DNA of 11,455 nt from Oligoflexia bacterium. Its GTDB lineage: Bacteria > Bdellovibrionota > Bdellovibrionia > JABDDW01. Of the stretch, positions 7,521 to 11,455 are shown one piece after another. Location of the stretch: contig JAYTHU010000149.1 in assembly GCA_043732305.1 (NCBI GenBank), forward strand, positions 1 to 11,455. Direction: 5' to 3'. The stretch's first letter is position 1, and each line of letters opens with the position of its first letter. Made by a program: the position numbers and the translations under genes. The notes below the pieces were generated by a model. It saw only the letters and a program-made list of their open reading frames with translations, ran no database searches and was not told the DNA's origin.

Positions 7521-7549
7521 AGCCTAATATTGACCCGTGCCGGAGGCAA
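7521..7549 (-). promoter_or_regulatory. Candidate sigma-70 promoter of the PAP2-GST-DUF983-GT-C unit
   Basis: The minus strand has TTGCCT (7549-7544)-17 bp-TAGGCT (7526-7521), with only 8 nt between the -10 box and the ATG at 7512. Confidence 0.45.
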
Positions 7550-7579
7550 TCGAAATTTCCGTCAAAACTTTATTGAATC

Positions 7580-8461
7580 CTACTGAACTTTGAAACAATC
7601 GAAGTCGCTTGCTGGAAGCTTATGAGCCAAGATGATTTTCTGATCATGATTCTTACCTCGATTTAAAAATTCCTGAGCAGCCGATTTTTGCTGAGCTTCC
7701 AACCACTCGCTAATTTGATAGGCACCCCAAAAATATTGGGTCCTCGATGGACTGCCAGGAGCAATCACGTCATCACCATAAAACTTCCAGACATTTTGAT
7801 CGGTATTAAGACACTGGCGCATAGCTTTATCGATGGCGGATTTATTTTCTAAGCACCAAGCCATCTCATGAGGCTCATAGTAATGATGAATATGCAACGG
7901 GACTTCGGGATAAACCACTTGTGAGAAAAGTGTTGCAAGTCCCTCACTCGCCAAATGTTCTTCAGCCGTCACGGCCTCGAGATACATTTCCCGAGTGAAA
8001 TTCTTCAATGGAACACCGGTGTGCCCCCAAACGTTAGGCTGATGATCTCGGTGCACGTGTGAAAGTTCATGAGCCATTAAAACTTTGAGATAATCTTCAT
8101 CCGCATCAGGATGATCTATGCCGAACCAGACGGTGTGATTCCCACTGTCATAACGAGCAAAGCCATCAAATTGCATGAAACTTGGAGCCAATCTGATTTC
8201 CCCGTGAAGCTTGTCGCCGAAAAAATCCTGCACTCGTGACAGCACATCTGGTGCCCGCTCGATGAATTTTTCAGCGATTTTACGGTGATGGTTATATTCC
8301 GGCGTCTTGAGCCAAGACTCTACATTTAGCAAACCCACTTCCCAATCTTGAGCCATCTTGAAAAGCGCTGAAAATTCAGGGTCAGCTGTCATTTCGGGAG
8401 TGAAAGCTTTGTGCTTTTCGAAGGCTTGAGTGAATTGTGAGTACAAATCTATGATTTTCAT
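7580..8461 (-). CDS. Putative Zn-dependent protease (gluzincin-like, DUF2268-like)
   Basis: AHELSH (HExxH), downstream SEGLA (third Zn ligand) and a later YFWG. No signal peptide. ATGA overlap with the sua5 stop. Confidence 0.7.
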   Translation of the reverse strand: MKIIDLYSQFTQAFEKHKAFTPEMTADPEFSALFKMAQDWEVGLLNVESWLKTPEYNHHRKIAEKFIERAPDVLSRVQDFFGDKLHGEIRLAPSFMQFDGFARYDSGNHTVWFGIDHPDADEDYLKVLMAHELSHVHRDHQPNVWGHTGVPLKNFTREMYLEAVTAEEHLASEGLATLFSQVVYPEVPLHIHHYYEPHEMAWCLENKSAIDKAMRQCLNTDQNVWKFYGDDVIAPGSPSRTQYFWGAYQISEWLEAQQKSAAQEFLNRGKNHDQKIILAHKLPASDFDCFKVQ

Positions 8462-9513
8462 TTGTGTTGCGCCTTTCTCAACCGCTCATTGATGGCTCTA
8501 CCGAGGCCATCGTTGGGGAGCTGCAGCACATATATTTGGTCAAACTGCCGAAGCTTTAAGCCCTTTTGTTTGCCATCGAGTTTGCGCAAAGTTTCAAAGT
8601 AATTTTTTGCCGCTTCTTCCATCGACCCATCTTTGGAAAGGGCAAAAATAGTTTGTATCCCTAGAGCTTTTAAATTCTTTTCCTCTAAAGAAGAAAAGCA
8701 AATCCAAGCAACCCTTGGCAGTGTCAAAGCCGCTTTGCGATCAGGCCTCAACATTTGTTTTTCAACCTCAACAAGAGAAGCGTAAACGGAAAGTGGAACT
8801 GAAGGGGCATAGTGAAAACTCAACATGCCAGGTGCAACCTGAGGAATAAATTCATCTGTAGTTTTGGCTCTGTCGCCTGCAGCTGCGTCTTCTGGATCAA
8901 ATCCAAGCTCTGCTTTAAGTTCTTCTTTTGTTATCCCACCCCACCGTAATATTTTCGGTGTATCTCCAGAAATATCCACAATGGTGGACTCAAGACCAAT
9001 GAGTGAGGGGCCACCATCTAAAATCAATTCAAGTTTATCTCCTAAAGATTCTTCCACAGCTTCGGCCGTAGTGGGACTTAAACCCTGAAATTTATTGGCA
9101 CTCGGAGCGGCAATGACCGTTCCCGAATGTTTGATCAGCGCCAGTGCGATAATATTTCTCGGCATTCGAACCGCAACTGTGTCGAGGCCAGCTGTAAGTA
9201 TGGAATTCACCAGCGGAGTTTTCTTAAATATCAAGGTCAACGGACCGGGCCAAAATCTTTCTATAAGCTTAAGTGCAACAGGCGGAATGGATTCGGCGAT
9301 CAGATCGAGCTGCCCGACGCTTGCCACGTGTAAAATGAGCGGATCAGCTAACGGACGTTCTTTAATTTCAAATATTTTTTTTACAGCCAATTCATTGAAA
9401 GCGTCAGCACCTAAACCATACACAGTTTCAGTCGGAAAACCTACGACGTCGCCCTTTTGAATAAGTGCCGCAGCTTTAAGAATATTTTCTTTTGTTTTCC
9501 CACTTAATATCAT
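8458..9513 (-). CDS. sua5: L-threonylcarbamoyladenylate synthase, Sua5 (TsaC2) type with C-terminal SUA5 domain
   Basis: FPTETVYGLGA, K.RP..PLILH, FWPGPLT, TVAVRMP, AAPSAN, GLESTIVD, linker APGM..HYAP and C-terminal GLG.AI.ERL.KA. Confidence 0.96.
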   Translation of the reverse strand: MILSGKTKENILKAAALIQKGDVVGFPTETVYGLGADAFNELAVKKIFEIKERPLADPLILHVASVGQLDLIAESIPPVALKLIERFWPGPLTLIFKKTPLVNSILTAGLDTVAVRMPRNIIALALIKHSGTVIAAPSANKFQGLSPTTAEAVEESLGDKLELILDGGPSLIGLESTIVDISGDTPKILRWGGITKEELKAELGFDPEDAAAGDRAKTTDEFIPQVAPGMLSFHYAPSVPLSVYASLVEVEKQMLRPDRKAALTLPRVAWICFSSLEEKNLKALGIQTIFALSKDGSMEEAAKNYFETLRKLDGKQKGLKLRQFDQIYVLQLPNDGLGRAINERLRKAQHK

Positions 9514-9530
9514 CGATTGAAATCCATACT

Positions 9531-10115
9531 CTAAGATTTTTTCTTCTTGGATAGCACGGCCACATTTTTTTGCATTTCCATCACATCTTCGTACATCTTA
9601 TTTTTATGAGCGGTGAGTTTCTTTTTAAGTCCCGTCGATTTATCGCCTAGAGCGGCGTTTAAGATCTTAATCGCTAATAAACCAGCGTTAACTGCGCCAT
9701 TCACCCCGACTGTTGCCACCGGCACTCCGGGAGGCATTTGCACAATTGAGAGAAGAGAATCAAGTCCGGATAAATTTTTTGTTTTAACTGGTACGCCAAT
9801 GACGGGCAGAATAGAAAAAGCAGCAAGCATTCCTGGCAAATGAGCTGCGCCGCCAGCTCCGGCAATGATCACTTTCACCCCATCTTTTTCCCAAGCTGCC
9901 ACAGATTTTTCCAGAAGAGCAGGTGTGCGATGCGCGGACACCACAAGCATTTCATTTTTAACATCAAACTTGTCGAGAGTTTCAGCAGCTCCATTCATCA
10001 CTTCAAAATCGGACTGACTACCCATGACGATAATAACGTCTGTAGCTTCTACGATATTCATAACTTTGGATTTCTTCGGAGCTTCTGTTTTCTTATAGTT
10101 AGCTTTTGTTTTCAT
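9531..10115 (-). CDS. purE: N5-carboxyaminoimidazole ribonucleotide mutase (class I PurE)
   Basis: [56 protein letters not shown] overlap with the purK stop. Confidence 0.98.
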   Translation of the reverse strand: MKTKANYKKTEAPKKSKVMNIVEATDVIIVMGSQSDFEVMNGAAETLDKFDVKNEMLVVSAHRTPALLEKSVAAWEKDGVKVIIAGAGGAAHLPGMLAAFSILPVIGVPVKTKNLSGLDSLLSIVQMPPGVPVATVGVNGAVNAGLLAIKILNAALGDKSTGLKKKLTAHKNKMYEDVMEMQKNVAVLSKKKKS

Positions 10116-11287
10116 ATATCGATGCTCTCCCGAATTTTCTTCGCCTGATTGACAGCCTGTTTGCTGGAGGTGCCGACCACATTGATGTGGCCGAGTTTTC
10201 TTTTAGAGGTAAAACCTGTTTTTCCGTACCAGTAAATATTTGCCTTTAATTTTCCAGATTGCAGAATTTTTGAATCGAATTTAAGCGGGCCGGCAGCGGG
10301 TTTTTTACTTCCGATTTCGCGCCCGACAATATTCTCCATGGCAGAGCCTTTATAAAGCCATTCCGGTTTGACTAAACCGAATCCTAAAACCGCCCGTAGA
10401 TGCTGTTCAAACTGCGAAACATTGCAGGCATCAAGTGTGATATGTCCGGAATTATGAACTCTTGGTGCAATCTCGTTGATTAACAGTTTTTTGCCTTTGC
10501 TTAAAAACATTTCAACCGCAAAAACCCCTACTCCGTTCAGAGCGCGCATTGTTTCTACAGCTAACTTCTGTGCGTTTTTGCCTAGCTCATTAGTTAGTTC
10601 TTTAGTGTCAGGTTGCCACACTCGGGTGCAAATACCTTTTTCTTGAACAGTGATGACGGGCGGAAAACTTTCAATCTTTCCATAAATATCTCTGGCTACT
10701 ACAACGGCAATTTCTTTTTTAAATTCTACTCGAGCTTCAGCATAGGCAGATTGACCCAGCCAGTGAGGATTATCTTCAAAAAAACCGTGAGAGAAAGTTT
10801 TATAGTTCGAGGATTTTATCCTTTCGAAAAATACAACTCCCCGGCCATCGTATCCGTGAGTTGATTTTTTAAGCACCAGCGAAGGCCCCATGAACTTAAA
10901 AGCAGTCTCAAGGTCAAGAGCGCTTGATACAGGATAAAACGGTGCAGTGGGCAGATGGTGGGCCAAAATGTCGATTTTTTGAGTGAGCTTGCTCTGCACT
11001 CGTTGTAAAACTTTTGGAGATGGAAAAAGAGGTTTACGAGCAGCTATTTTATTTAAGATTTTAAGGTCGATAAATTCATTTTCGATGATCACGACATCAA
11101 TAGAATCCAAAAACTTATTGAGGAACTTTTCTTCAAACCATTCCGCACAAACTTGGGCCGCGGGATCTGATTTAGACTTACTGAAAATGACAGGTGTGAG
11201 GCCGAGATCGTAGCAGCTTAATGAAAGAAGGCGAGCTAACTGCCCGCCTCCTAATATTCCGATTCTTTGTGGAAACCTAGATCTCAC
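10112..11287 (-). CDS. purK: N5-carboxyaminoimidazole ribonucleotide synthase (ATP-grasp)
   Basis: [48 protein letters not shown]...RKLGHIN. The GTG start forms a GTGA overlap with the upstream stop. Confidence 0.97.
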   Translation of the reverse strand: MRSRFPQRIGILGGGQLARLLSLSCYDLGLTPVIFSKSKSDPAAQVCAEWFEEKFLNKFLDSIDVVIIENEFIDLKILNKIAARKPLFPSPKVLQRVQSKLTQKIDILAHHLPTAPFYPVSSALDLETAFKFMGPSLVLKKSTHGYDGRGVVFFERIKSSNYKTFSHGFFEDNPHWLGQSAYAEARVEFKKEIAVVVARDIYGKIESFPPVITVQEKGICTRVWQPDTKELTNELGKNAQKLAVETMRALNGVGVFAVEMFLSKGKKLLINEIAPRVHNSGHITLDACNVSQFEQHLRAVLGFGLVKPEWLYKGSAMENIVGREIGSKKPAAGPLKFDSKILQSGKLKANIYWYGKTGFTSKRKLGHINVVGTSSKQAVNQAKKIRESIDI

Positions 11288-11454
11288 TTCGACTTGCTGG
11301 TTTTGCGAGCCTTCGCTCCGCCGGCTTTCGCGGGAGCTTTAGAAGCCATTGCTTTAGAGGGAGCTTTATTCGCTCGGGCTTGCTTAACTACTTCTTGCGA
11401 AGCAGCTTTCGACGCGGCCTTTTGCGCTTTTTTCTCTTCGCCTCTGGGAGACTT
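11284..11454 (-). CDS. 3' end of an upstream gene: Lys/Ala-rich low-complexity C-terminal tail (partial, absent from the ORF track)
   Basis: The frame is open from the window edge: [56 protein letters not shown]. Its TGA (11286-11284) overlaps the purK GTG. Confidence 0.8.
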   Translation of the reverse strand, partial: KSPRGEEKKAQKAASKAASQEVVKQARANKAPSKAMASKAPAKAGGAKARKTSKSK

Positions 11455-11455
11455 A

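Noticed and set aside
10285..10306. GC-rich stretch followed by a T run resembling an intrinsic terminator
   Set aside because: There is no convincing stem; it lies inside purK and encodes KKPAAGP on the minus strand.
8864..11213. Short + strand ORFs opposite sua5, purE and purK
   Set aside because: They are antisense shadows of conserved housekeeping genes.
1..11455. CRISPR array, tRNA/rRNA, IS element, prophage or defence system
   Set aside because: I recognised no spaced direct repeats, RNA-gene signatures, transposase/integrase or nuclease motifs, and nearly all sequence is accounted for by CDSs.

Overview
A densely packed bacterial chromosomal segment; the gene repertoire suggests a Gram-negative organism, possibly Bdellovibrionota/Oligoflexia-like (inference only). 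The left end is a + strand redox/envelope-stress cluster: DUF393/DCC1-like thioredoxin-fold protein (5' end cut off by the window), OsmC/Ohr-family protein and Blc-type lipocalin. It is followed by a head-to-head pair of predicted outer-membrane beta-barrel genes and a secreted protein of unknown function with a candidate sigma-54 promoter. The rest is a long - strand run, in transcription order: a Lys/Ala-rich C-terminal gene fragment, purK, purE, sua5 (TsaC2), a HExxH metallopeptidase-like gene, then PAP2 phosphatase, GST, DUF983 and a GT-C-fold membrane glycosyltransferase. I saw no rRNA, tRNA, CRISPR array or mobile element. The best leads are (1) a PAP2 + GT-C unit that could remove lipid A phosphates and add sugars, (2) an OsmC lacking its canonical second Cys, coupled to a Cys-rich DUF393 protein, and (3) a sigma-54 promoter with an upstream dyad ahead of the orphan secreted protein. 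All family calls come from motif recognition by eye, not from database searches.
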